Source of the DNA: Raillietiella orientalis
Taxonomy: Eukaryota
Direction: 5' to 3'
DNA: 64,000 bases
Assembly: GCA_036172245.1 (NCBI GenBank)
Contig: JAYWIR010000012.1
Span: 620,001-684,000 of the forward strand
The notes beneath the pieces were generated by a model. The model worked only from the letters and a program-made list of their open reading frames with translations, did no database searches and was not told the DNA's origin. The translations under genes and the position numbers were made by a program. Shown one piece after another: positions 1 to 11,637 of the stretch. Every line of letters starts with the position of its first letter. Position 1 is the stretch's first letter.

Positions 1-559
1 CAGACACTAGCAGAACACAACCCACTCCGTAAGGTGAACTAGCCATGTTTCCACCGTCACCTCCAGCATAATCATAGGGACTAATCAATAATTCACCTTA
101 TTACTATCCATCACTTCGCAATCCCCCTTTACCTAACAGCTTGAAACCATCCATCACAGACTGTGCTACTTCGATCCTCAGCTTCTCTTCTCCCGCCATG
201 ACACTTCCCAAAATTTCGTCCTCAGAGAAAGCCACGAAGGCCGTACTCAACAACCGTCTCAAAATCCCTTTGCATCATCCCGCAGCACATTTCGCAATCT
301 TTGCCAACTGAAAAATCTTCCAGCCTCCCAATCCTTTCGTGCTAAGAGGGTTCATCGCCATTTAAAGATGGAAACCAATCGGGCTTACGCAGATCTGAAC
401 TCAAATCACCTAGGATTCTGAGTCCGGCCAAAGATCCCCTACATCTCACGGGTGCTGAATTCAACGCCGAGGTCTCAAACTTCCACATCAACTGGAACTC
501 TCCGTGAAGACCACGCTGTTATCCCTTGGCTCACACTCTCTTTGCTCCGAGGTCTTCAC

Positions 560-1535
560 TGCTTTTCAACGGATCCCTTAACCACGGAGATTCCTTCTTC
601 ATCTTGCTCCCCGGAAAGCATCATCTCAAAATCCTATCTTACCTCAGTTCCTTGAGGCAGCGCTGTCTGCCCTCAGGACGAGAAATGACAGCAGCCAACT
701 GGCGGGGTAGGAGTTGTCTGGCCAAACTACACAAATCGAGAAACTCCTTGGAGGTTGCAAGACGAGGGTGAATGCTGCCACTCTTCGTTTCCGGGCGAAG
801 AGGACTCCTTCGGTGGAGTGAGCTCCCCGAAGAATTCGTGGTTCCTACTCTGTGCGCCAATATCACCGTGTTCCCGCTCCGCTGGAAAACACAGGATGTC
901 CTCCTGTTTCTAAACTGGGAATTCCAGTGCAGCCAGCCTAGGCACCTGCTTTCCGGGGGAGCTGCCTCCCCGAACTGTCTAAGGTATGAGGCGATGGAAT
1001 CGTTCCCGCACCTCCTGCTGGACTGCAGTGCCCTGGAAGGCATCTGGAATAGACCAGCTTCGGCGCTCCAAGGTCACCAGCAAGGACTTACTGCGTCTTT
1101 TCTTCCCGCAAGGAGGGATGGGGGCGGGCACTGTGATCGCAACTATCTGTTGGATCCGCGCCAGCGTCGCAACCCGCTCCGTGGTGGAGTCTGGTTCGCA
1201 GAGAAGGGGGGCCACCAGCATGGCAGCCGCCTATACGAGGACGGCTAAAAGGTGGCCTCAACTGCCAGAAGTCATTAGAGAGGTTGCCACCTTACGCAGC
1301 CGCTTCTAGGAAGAAAGGAACGAATAAAGCCACAGACTCCTTCCATCTTTTGTATTTATTTGTAGTTCTCTCCCTCCGTTCCTTACTTACATAGAAGCTG
1401 AACTGCGTGCCAATGATCATGCTCAATGAAATCCTGTTTTTTTTTCTCTTATGGCATCTCTTGTATTTAGAGGACACTGTCATCTTTTGACTTGTGGTTT
1501 TCTTCGTTGTAAATAAACGTCCTGGCGTCGCCGGG
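560..1535 (+). mobile_element. Decayed 3' fragment of an L1/Tx1-like non-LTR retrotransposon (ORF2 C-terminus, 3' UTR)
   Basis: TGGVGVV (GGLG-type motif, ~700), then VFPLRWKTQDVLLFLNWEFQCS...PNC...ESFPHLLLDCSALEGIW, resembling the zf-RVT/CCHC region of L1/Tx1 ORF2; frameshifted; T-rich 3' UTR ends with AATAAA plus a small hairpin at 1511-1535. Confidence 0.7.
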
Positions 1536-3188
1536 TAAAAACCTGAGTTCCTCTAACCTTCAAAAGACACCTGGTTCTAAAGGATCTTCCCGTGTCCCCT
1601 AAGCCACTACATGTTTCTTACTATTGAATAAAGTCTAAAATGCCTCGCCCAACACAGCCTCTCTTCCACTTCACCAACTTAATAGCTAATTCTTACGTTA
1701 CCTGCGGGCATTGAAAATACCACGGCCGTTTATTAGCACGCCTCGCCTCGTGCCACGCATAAGACGTTTCGAAGAAACATTCCAAATGAATGTTTGCCAG
1801 ATTCCTCGTCACGTGATCACCTCACACAAGCTCCAGTCCATTTATGTTTGGAACCCTCCTCAAATTGTCCTGCTTATCTTTGAACCAGCAGTTGCCATTT
1901 GGCGGTCGCTCACCAGCCGTTCGTCCTCTGCTTTGAGACCGGATAGTGTCCAAGGTGATAACGGGATCATTCGAAAGGATTCAAGAGCCACCTGCCAAAA
2001 TCCTTCACAGTCGATGCAGCAGTCAATATGGAAAGGAACATTAGGCTCCAGTGACTGAGAAGTTTGCGGCTCCCTTCGAAAGAACACTGCGGCGCAAGGA
2101 GGATAAGTGCGCTGATGCCGAGTTGCTGTCGCGATTTCAGAAGAATGGAGACTGAAGGATGCCGCTGGCGAGCACAAGTTTGCTGTTGACGAGATCACGT
2201 GATCAAGACGTGCGTCCGTCAAAATCGAGGAGACGTTGCATAACAAGGAATACTGACTGGTCCACCGAGGTCATGGAAACCAGTAGAGGGGTATGGTGGC
2301 CTGTTGTAAATAAGTAGCGGAACTCTCCTACAATGCATTTCCGGGTTGGAAAAACAATAGAAGGGAGAAACCCTCTAAAACCCACCAAGTGTTGCGTGTT
2401 TTCCGTGAGCACCTGGAACCGAACAGTGTACTACTGCCTTCTTATTTTTGCACCGGCGGTTTTCTTGAGCAGTATTCTGTTATATTACATTGCTTTGCAT
2501 TTTCTGTTCCGGAAAGAAAGGGTTCATTAGAAAAGAAACCCACTTCTTGGCAAAGATTTACTGAAGATCTCTTGGATGTTTACTCATTTGTTTTTGTTTT
2601 TTCACTTGACTCCTTCCTTTGATTCTGGAAGATCGTCATGGTGTTGAGCTATGAGAACAATTATTTCCACAATGATCCTCAAAATTAGCCTTGAGACACA
2701 TGAAAATACGGCAAGACATGGTACCGCTAGGTTTGGACATCGTCAGTTGACTCGAAGAAACATTCTTCCTTGCACTTTGAAGTATTCCCTTTTTAATTCG
2801 AAATTTTTCAACTGAACCTCTATTTGCTCATGCAGAATTATGACGTGTTAGGGATATTAGGAAGCACCCATCGAAAATAGGCTTTTTCGTGGCAGCAAAT
2901 AATCAGTTTATGTGTTTCCAAATTCAATAACTCTTTTGGGTGACTGTCGGAAGCAAAAATTCATACTTCCTGTTGGTTCAAAAATCGAGAAAACGCAGAT
3001 CTGCTGTGTTTACGGGGAAGAGCCCTTCCGAGTTCTTCTAATAAATATGAATTGGTTACTCGAACTGAAGTCGCCAAAAGGCGCTATGTGAATCACATGA
3101 CCTTTGCATTTGCCTTTTTGAAACAATGCTTTCCACATCAGAGAAACGCCACTTTCAGACTATCTAAATCGTGACCTATAAACAGCTT

Positions 3189-3420
3189 CGACCGTATCCT
3201 AAAGAATAGGCGCATTTATATCAGGTGCAATGGTAGGCAAAGAACAGGTGAAACCGTATCCTAAGAACAGGTGCGACCATACTCCAAAGAAGAGGTGTGA
3301 CCATATCTCAAAGAGCAGATACAACCGCATGCTAAGAACAGGTGCAACCGTATCTCAAAGAACAGGTGTGATTGTATCCTAAGAACAAATGCGACCGTTT
3401 CCTGAAGAACGAATGCAACT
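3189..3420. repeat. Minisatellite, 23-24 bp unit (consensus about AAGAACAGGTGCGACCGTATCCT), about 8-9 diverged copies
   Basis: Directly visible units, e.g. aagaacaggtgaaaccgtatcct / aagaacaggtgcgaccatactcca / aagaacaggtgcaaccgtatctca / aagaacaggtgtgattgtatcct. Confidence 0.85.
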
Positions 3421-3429
3421 GAACTCTAG

Positions 3430-4650
3430 GAAACGATCCGGTGCTGCAATTCTTCGAATCGAGGCCTTGGACTTGTTCGATCACGTGATGCTCTCGAGGA
3501 TCCAGAGGAAGATGGACTTCCAAGGAAATTTCTGGCAAGTGATGATCACTCTGGGAAAGGTCATAGCCAGCATATTCATGAGCGCCTTGAAATCCGAAGA
3601 AATTGGAATGGAAGAGGAGTCCGCTAGAGATATTCCTCGAACTCCATGTCCTTTCGTTCTGAAAGTGGACGTGGCTGCACCCCGTTTCATCAGAAGTGGC
3701 TCAAGAGTCTCAACCTAGGAGGAGAGGACGACAACCTTCTGGCTTGTACTGATGATCTGCTGTTCATCAATGCGGATGAGCAGAATCAGAAGGTGCCTCC
3801 GAAATGCCCGAGACCATGGACCAAGGAGGGGCACCATTGGGATTCTCGACACCACTGTCCCGCAGGTTGGCGACAGCAGGCGGAACCACATTCTTCGACA
3901 TCCACATGGAAGGAAAACATACTGCAGGTACATCCCAACGGAAGGTCGTAGTGCAGAAGATCCGTAACGGAGCAACCAGCACGGCGTAAAGAACTTTTTT
4001 CCGAGGGAGGAGAAGAGCCTGCAGAGCGGCTCAAGTTCCTGTTCGGTACGATCTTGTCCAGCACCCCGAAGAATGTGGCAAAACACAGTGCGGGCGACCG
4101 AGCAAACTCGGCCCGGAGTGAAAAGATCGCGGGTCCAGGTGAAGCTTCGTTATGTTTTGCATTCGGCAGGAGGCATCGTGCGCGCCACCAAGCTCCAGGA
4201 TCCTCGGACACCGGCCACGAAGCACGAGCACCGGGGCATTTCGCCGAGACTTCTGAAGGTAGCTTGGCGGGCGGACGGTCTGATGTCCGTCTTGTGCGGG
4301 ACTTCGGGGAGCCGGAAAAGGAAACATTCGACATAGCCGAGGATGCGGCTTTCCGCCGAGAGGACCAACATGCAAATCTGTTCCCGAAATTCAGGGCATC
4401 CTGGAGTAGGTAGATGAACCCGGTGATCCTGCTTTCCGCAAGCGTCTTGTAGGCTCCAGAGGAAGAGACGTTCTGGCCACTTGGCGACCACCGAGCACAT
4501 TCCCACCATGAAAACACCCATGAGGAGTTTGGAAGGACCAAAAGGTTTGCAAGACTTCCGGTCACGGCTGTCCGCTGTAACCTCCAAAAAATTCTGGAAA
4601 CAGGCAGACTCGTCATCGCAAGACCCTGGGTGCACCGCAAGGGTTTTTAA
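3430..4650 (+). mobile_element. Decayed non-LTR (L1/Tx1-like) reverse transcriptase core fragment
   Basis: Across frames: LDLFDHVMLSRIQRKMDFQGNFWQVMITL (AFD..H..L..MGF motif), PCPFVLKVD (SP.LF.L region) and LNLGGEDDNLLACTDDLLF (degenerate YADD). Multiple frameshifts. Confidence 0.65.
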
Positions 4651-4899
4651 TATGACCCCATCAGCTCCTTCTACTCATCTCCCCTATCAGTAAAGCCACA
4701 TCCGATAGGAGCGGTTTTTTTTTCACCAGGTCGCCCCGGGAGTCACCAAACCCACTGACCTGTGGAAAACCTGTCTGTCTCCTAGGGAACGAGGCCACTC
4801 CGAAAGTTCCAGCCCAGAGCCCCCTGTAATGAATGGATTCCATGGAGATTCCTTAGGTGGATCCTGCTTCCTGGTCGCTCATCGTACAAAAAACTAATT

Positions 4900-5420
4900 C
4901 TTACTACAAGCAGTCACCAATCATGCGGTCCCTCGTGGGATAGATGGCACGCTTCGACGCCTCTTCGCGCATGGTGGACGATCGTTGCGCTGCTTTCGTG
5001 GCCTCCATGGGGATGGCTGTTAGGTGACCCAAAATCCTCAAGCAAGTAGGGAGTGCAGCTCCCAAACTAAACAAAAACAAAAGGACTGAGTGGGGAGGAC
5101 TTGGAGGCACGCAGATTGGTTACTGGGGGCAGTTCGGAGGGGGTAGCAAGTAGGAAATTAACAGGCAAATAAGTCCTTGGTAGGGTTCAGGACGCGGGAG
5201 GCCATGTCATTCTAGACTGAGACGATCGCTGCTTCCTGAACCTGCGTGGCTTGCAAACGGTGTCCGTCCTTCTTTGAACTGAGGTATCAGCAGGTGCAAA
5301 AGGAAGTCCCTCCAAACACCAATGCTCGCGGAACGACTCAAGAACGCGTCCTCTCCCTGAGCAAACCGTTCTTCATCTAGTGATGCCGGGACATTCATTT
5401 GATAAACGGAAAACAAGCAA
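4900..5420 (-). mobile_element. Decayed non-LTR RT N-terminal fragment
   Basis: Minus-strand QGLICLL...PNC.. followed by LRILGHLTA...RDRMIGDCL, resembling the G.I.LL.K..NWRPI / KIL...A.RL / GR.I.D motifs. Confidence 0.4.
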
Positions 5421-5534
5421 TCAACTGAGAATATAGTTCCGAAACAACAAGTACCAACAACAGCTAAAGAAAGTCAAGGTGTGGGTTCACCGATATACAA
5501 GTCGTTTGCTGAGCCAGTGATGTGATGAGGATCT

Positions 5535-5760
5535 CACTTTAACTCACATAACCCAACCGTACTTCACCGCACGTAAACTCACATAACCTCTCATAACTTC
5601 ATCAAACCCAACCTAACCACATTTAATCTAACTCGACCTAACCCAACGCAAGTCAAACTAACCTAACCTAACTAAACTTAAGCATACTTAGCCTCATCTC
5701 ACCTAACCTGACCTAATTCCACCACACCTCACCTAATCTAGCCTAAATCAGTCACCTCTA
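5535..5760. repeat. Degenerate (CCTAA)n / (TTAGG)n pentamer tract
   Basis: acctaacc, aactaacctaacctaactaaac, acctaacctgacctaa, acctaatctagcctaa etc.; 5-bp periodicity over about 220 bp. Confidence 0.75.
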
Positions 5761-7244
5761 GCCCCTCGCTATGGTAGCTATGGATTCTAAAGACAAAAGA
5801 CAGAGGCAACAAAAGTGCAGTGTGCATCCGTGCATCCCATGGAGCTGCCCTTTGTAGGGATGGCTGGCTGCCTTCTGTGGGCACCATGGGCCTTCCAGAA
5901 CTTACAGGTAGGACTCATCGGATTTTGTAAACAGAACTCATCAGAGCGTCCCCAACTCGAGGTCGAAACAAAAAAACAAAGTAGAAAATTCAGTTTCAAG
6001 GAAGGAAGAATTCGCTAGAAAAAAAAAAAAAAAAAAAAAAACTTCTTCTTGCCAAGGTCAAATCCAAACAACGTCACGCCAGCAATCATGTCATCCCCTG
6101 ACCTCACTGTTAATTTGTCGTGTCATCATCCGCAAGTCGCAGCTGACTGCCAGTCGCCATAAAATTAACGGCGTTGTCACTGAGTTTACCTGCCTCTCAA
6201 GAGAAGGCAGCTGTCGAACGAAGATGCTGCTGGAGCGTGCCGCTGTGCACCTAGATGCGCTCCGACTCCTCCACATGACAAGAAAGTGGGATAAAGGACC
6301 CTACACAAGACATTGAAGAAATAAATAAAGGGCGCGGGTAGGATTCTTTGGTTTGAGTCGCTTCTTTCTGCTCAGTGCCGACGCCCAATGCTATCTCCAG
6401 CTTGGCTACTTCCAGAAGGTAAGGTCACTTCGCAGCGCGCTCTCATGCAAGGAGGCTGCCGTGCGGGAGACCTCCTTTCGCTGCACCCGAGACCCCAGAG
6501 CATGGCGGGCTATAGCAATGGCGCGCATGAGGGACATCCGCTGCAGCCACGGCACCTGCCTACCGGTGAATTGGGAGGTTTCCTGAGAGAAGGCGGAGAC
6601 CCGGAAACCAAGCTCCAGGTGGCTGGACTGCGCATAAAAAACCCTCCCGGAGGACTTGTTTCTTAGGGTGAACTCTTCGGTGTCCTTTCGGAAGAGCTGG
6701 AGATACCCCTCGGTGGCCGCGAGGAACTCGTTCCTCCCCCTCGAGTGGCGCTACTGACGTTGTTAGGCGCTTCCGTGCAACGCGCGCCGCTACCTCTGTA
6801 CCAGGGGGAGATCCAGTGCTAACTACTCCAGGTAAGGAAAAACCTCCCACCCACCCACCTGCTTGTCACGTGTGTTTCCCTGCAAGCATAACATTTCAGT
6901 AGACCTCTTTGCGCTGAGGGCCTGGTCACCAGCTGCCCCGCCTCAGCTCCGTGCTGCCTACGCGGTGCCTTCGCCTGCAGGAACGATGCTGAAAGAGGGC
7001 GGAGGCACGACAGGGGATCCGCTACCTTCTAAGCCGTTCTTTCGGATTCTTTCGGATCGCGATGGGGTAGAAGCACTGGTCAAGGGGATGCCAAGAGGAG
7101 CTCTCCGGCATCCTGCGAAGGGTGCAGAGGATCCCTTGTCGCAGGATATGATCTCTTCCCTCTAGGTGATGTCGTGAACTCCTGGGCTTCCCTCAGGCGG
7201 TAGTCAGACCTCTTAAGACGCCAGTTCCACTGATCTCTCTCTGT

Positions 7245-7640
7245 TTATTTATTTATTTTTCTATTTCATAGAAAATAATCCCTGCGGCGCAACCGTGAAG
7301 AGCCGCGGAGCCTGACGAGGGTCTGCCGCGCGCGGGGAACTCCGCACCAAGTCCTTGGAGGGCACGTTTTCCAGAAAATACCAGCCAAAGTTCGTGTAGG
7401 ACACCTCAGTCCGAAAAGCAGACGCGGGTAGGGTTTAACCGCCCCACATCTTAGACGGTTCCCTACGCTCTTTGCACTGGGAACCCCAGCGCGGAAGCAG
7501 CAGCACCTCGCGTTTCCAGCTCAAGGGGAACACACCCAAGCGTCCAAGCGCACAGGAGACCAAAAGTTCTTCGAGTGACGCATTCTCGAGCTTAAACCTT
7601 TGGGCGTTGCTAGGGATACGTTGCTAGTTTGTTTGTCTGA
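7245..7640 (-). mobile_element. Decayed 3' fragment of the same L1/Tx1-like family
   Basis: Minus translation LEELLVSCALGRLGVFPLSWKREVLLLPRWGSQCK aligns with PEEFVVPTLCANITVFPLRWKTQDVLLFLNWEFQCS of the 560-1535 copy; ends in an (aaat)n tail at ~7245-7260. Confidence 0.7.
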
Positions 7641-8230
7641 TTCATAAAATTTATATCTATCCCAACGCATCAGCAACGTCGAACAGGAGGTGAAATTTTG
7701 AACAGGCATTCTTCCCGGACGTTCGTCTGGTGCAAAGCTGGAGGACAAGATGAATGGGATGCATGCATGAGAGTAGGAAAGGAATTAATGGGACCGCCAG
7801 GAGCCTGCGACGGCAACCAACCGAGAGAAACGCAAGCTTCCTGGAACTCGAGAAGTTGAGGGAGCGGTTCAGCGGCTGTGCATTCCACTGCAACGCCCCT
7901 GACGCCATCTATCCGGAAAAAGTTCAATCATTTTTCAGGTGTTGCGTATCACATTAGGGCTTCGAAAACACTACCTGTTCCGGATTCATCAGATGGATTC
8001 ACCGGTGAAAGAGCAAGGTGGAAAGTATCTAAATGGATCTGGATTCTGGTAAGCATGAAAGTTTTTGGTTCAAAATTTCGAACGTCCAAGCGCTGAAAGA
8101 TCACACAAAAAAAATAAATATGCATACTTATTTGCTTAAATAGCTTGCTTATTACATATTTCAATATATAAATTTATATACAGTTTAATTCATAATAAAT
8201 AGATGAATAAAGCTCAGAGATTGTAGCCAC

Positions 8231-8406
8231 GTGGCCGCCAACTCGGACTGTGTGGCTACGATCCGCGCGCGTGGCGCCAACCGTTGCGGGTTCGAATCTC
8301 CACGCGGAGGATCGATGCGAGAAATGGGTGCACCGTGGTCCCGAGTTTCCCGCCCAGGATGGCACTGGTTGGCCTTGCTTAGCTTCGGGTGCGTCGCTGA
8401 TTGACA
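8231..8406 (+). mobile_element. tRNA-headed SINE-like repeat, copy A (5' part only)
   Basis: B-box GGTTCGAATCT at 8289-8299; homologous to the copies at 10040-10708 (-) and 11638-12630 (+); truncated by the 3' end of a minus-strand LINE at 8407. Confidence 0.6.
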
Positions 8407-9990
8407 TCCGGTCACACCAGGACGTTTATTTATAAAATAGACATACATGTCTGTAGCAGGACGTTTGATCCGGCCACGTTACTTATGAATACGGGAAGGA
8501 ACCTTCCGGGAACTGGCATGCAGGCCAGCGGGGTTTGCCTCGGCAGCACAGAGGAAGGAGAGACAAACAAAAAGAAAAACGAAAACACAAAAACATGCAG
8601 TCAAAAAAATGGGGGAGGCGGGGTTCGGGGAGGGATCACTGTGTGCTAGAGTGCGTCCCCTGCATCCTTCTAAGGATGCCAGCCGGTTCATGTTTCAAGA
8701 ATCCCAGATGGGGCCATCTTGACACTGTCCTCATGAAGAGACAGAAAAATAGATGACTTCCCTTTCGTTCTGTCTTCCTCTAACGTTGCTGCCCCATGCA
8801 GCCACGATCCAGCAAGTGCTGCTAGGGGTGTGGTCTGCCGGCGTGAGGGCGTCGCGCAGGAAGAGACTCTTCGAAACGTCTCTGGCGTTGCAGCCAAGGG
8901 TTCCAAGGGTCGCATCTCCAAAGGAGCCGGAGGGCAACACAGTGCACTAGGAGATGCGACGGGACTTTGCGCTGGGGTTTGCTACTGGATATTCCGGAGA
9001 AAGGCCTGCAGTGACTCACGCTGCTCATGAACACCCACACCCTCCCCTTGAATTCGCAGGAGTCGGCGCAGTCGTTCTGCTGCACTGGGGCCTCCCATGC
9101 AACGCCCGCCCGCATCTGTGGACGCGGGGGTTGGGGATGAACCCAAACTATGCAAGGTGCGGGAACGTCTCCTTTCCGCGCCTTTCGCATTTGGCACCGA
9201 CACTTCCCTGTGTCCAGTAGTGAAGGCGCGCTTTGCATTGAATTCCCCCATGCAACACCGGAAGCACCAACTCCTGCCAATTGAGTGAGGGAGGGCGCCG
9301 CTGTTCCAGAACTCTGGAGTTCACTTCACGTCCTCCGGGGGGATTCTGAGCAACTCGTCCCTGGCGTAGAATTCCCTTGGGCAGGACACTCGGGTTTGCA
9401 GTGTTCATGACTTCCGGGGTTGTCCACGCTCCTCAGCAGTTTCTCATTGGCTTCAATCACACCTTGCTGGGGAGATGCTGTTCCTTTCTTCCCTAAGGGA
9501 GGGCAGCATCGGGGCAAGAAGTGTGCACGAAGCCCGAAGCATATTCCGCGGATTGCCGACCATCTCCTTCCATCTCTTGCGAGCGCTGTGGATCTTCTCC
9601 CAGGCGAAGACGGGACTCCTGAAGCCAGGCAGTGCACTTCTTGGGGAAGCAGGAGATCGATGTGTTCTCCTCCACCATGGCAAGCATCTGGAGAAGCTGA
9701 TGTCCGCAATCACTCGCGAGTGACGAGGAAGGATGTCGTCCCCTCGCAGCTGGTTGCGCTATTCGCGAGGAACCGTGCTGGTGCGCACCAGGTGGGGCCC
9801 ATCATCTCGCCGCAAGGGCGAGTCTCCTGAACTGGAGTTGACGCTCCATCCTCTCCGGCGCAAGGAGGCCCAGTCCACCATCCCTACGCGGAACACGCAA
9901 GTCTTTGAGTCGGCCCGGGATGATAGAAGAAATCCTTTGGGAAAGTCCGCTGCTTTCCTTTCAGCTTCTTTTTTTTCCCCTTTTTGGTTC
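8407..9990 (-). mobile_element. Decayed 5'-truncated L1/Tx1-like element (end of RT through zf-RVT and 3' terminus)
   Basis: Minus frames give SRADSKTCVFRVG, VFAWEKI and KVPSHLLVHCVALRLLW (compare HLLLDCSALEGIW); the 3' terminus aaataaacgtcctggtgtgaccgg matches 1511-1534. Confidence 0.7.
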
Positions 9991-10039
9991 TAAGGAGTGC
10001 TGAAGAACCGTCCTCTGCCTTAGGGGGGACTCACAGAAC

Positions 10040-10708
10040 TCTCTTTAGCACTGTTCACGTCACTCGAGGGTGCATGTGGCTTTTCAAGTTGGGAATCAAC
10101 CCCGTAGGGACCACCTTGTGAATCCAGGAAGATCCCAGAAAAATGAATCCGTTTCTCTTACCCTTCTTGGTAGGGGAACCCCGAAGAGAACCTCTTCGTT
10201 GTTCTCTTCGAACGGATCTGCTCCTTGTTTCTTCTCCGAAGGGAGCCCTCAAGGGAGCTTCTCCTGGTTTCCTTCCCTGAAGAGATTTCTTCCCTCTCCG
10301 ATTTCTCCGAAGCTCCCCGAAGGAAGCAGCTCACTTCTGACACTCTGGAGAGGCAACCCCCTAAGGGTGATATCAATCAGCTTCATGATACGCGATGGAT
10401 GGTCCCCTTCTCAGAATGGGACCCCTCTTCACAGCCGTGAGACAACCCCGAAGGGCTCCTAAGGATGACTTCCTGGAAGGACCCCGTAGGGTCTACTTTC
10501 GATCCCGGTCAGTCAATGGAGTCATCAGGCTTCCACCAGAGCTGCACCTGAAGCCAACCGAGGCCAAGCCAGCATCAACGTGCGGAATAGCACTCGAAAA
10601 CCACGAGCACCCCCATTTCTCGGAGTCGATCCTTCTCCGGGAGGGATTTGAACCCGCAACGCTTGGTGCCACACGAGGAGGCCGCAGCCACACCGCTGCC
10701 AACGCGCC
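10040..10708 (-). mobile_element. tRNA-headed SINE-like repeat, copy B (about 670 bp)
   Basis: Starts GGCGCGTTGGCAGCGGTGTGG (A-box-like); B-box GGTTCAAATCC at 10644-10654; body collinear with 12050-12630 (e.g. aacttgaaaagccacatgcaccctcgagtgacgtgaac vs aacttgaagagtctcacgcaccctcgggtgacatggaac). Confidence 0.65.
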
Positions 10709-10709
10709 A

Positions 10710-11620
10710 TATTTATTGGTGTTTATTTACATACGCAACGTTGATATTAATATACATAATAAACAGATTAATACATATCATTGTTTTGAAATAGGATCGC
10801 TATTAACCTTTTGGGTGCGGAGCTCGTCAGGTTTGAACATCCTGTGTTGCGGAGGCCCTGTGACCTTGAGGTTGTGGAGAAGTCAGAATGCAGGAACCCT
10901 CTCTGTATTTGGGGGTAGGGGTGGGGAGGGAGGAGGCTTGAGGGACGGGTTGGCGCATCCAAGGCCTCCTTCACGCAGCTAAGAGTCACGGCGTCTCACG
11001 CAGACAAATCCCGCGAACCGCAGCTGAAACACGCAGATCCTCAAGAGGATGAGCTGAAATGTTCCATCGGTTGAGCAGCTCACCCGCGCAACGGACAGCA
11101 AGGCCCAAAAGCAAACTGCGGGAAGCCCCGCTCCTCTGTGAAGCTGGTCAGCATGCAACGAAGCCAAGGTCGGTATCAGGCGCGCGTTCTCACGACCGTC
11201 TGAAGCCTCAGACTATGAGCACCCTTCCGCTGCTGTTCAGCAGGGTGCCCACTCGGCTGTCTGGATGGCTTCGCTCCGGTCTCGCACCTTGATCGGCACG
11301 GGGCGCGTTGAACTACAAGTGACCAGTGTCCGAAGAGGACGCTCGGCAGGCAGAATACTCGCGTCCCGCATGGAAACCGGACACAAAGTGGCTTCTGCAG
11401 CCCTCCACCAATCGGCTGCATCGGAGACAAAATAGAGAAACGCGATCGGCTGCTGCTGGAGACTTCGGCGCGGTACAGGTTTCCCCTCACGGATGGAACT
11501 TCCAGGAACTTTCCGCACGACGCCATACGTGCTGCTCTTCCTCGAAAACATTGAAGGAAGCCGGAAGTCCGCTCGGCAGAGAAAGCAACGGAAATCGGTG
11601 ACGTCACTTGTCAGTTGCCA
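10710..11620 (-). mobile_element. Decayed 3' fragment of the L1/Tx1-like family
   Basis: Minus RGAGLPAVCFWALLSVARVS resembles MGAGTVIATICWIRASVATRS of the 560-1535 copy; AT-rich 3' UTR with two AATAAA on the minus strand at ~10712-10728. Confidence 0.5.
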
Positions 11621-11637
11621 CGATGAACGCCGGAAGG

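Noticed and set aside
3189..3420. CRISPR-like array
   Set aside because: Units are contiguous with no unique spacers, and the context is eukaryotic with no cas genes.
3786..4640. 284-aa minus-strand ORF as a gene
   Set aside because: It is antisense to a decayed RT in GC-rich DNA and has no recognisable domain.
8231..8310. Functional tRNA gene (also 10640-10708 and 11638-11695)
   Set aside because: No convincing acceptor or anticodon stems; copies are diverged and continue into a shared non-tRNA body.
10400..10411. miR-133-like sequence tggtccccttc
   Set aside because: Only 11 nt match, inside a repeat body, with no precursor hairpin.
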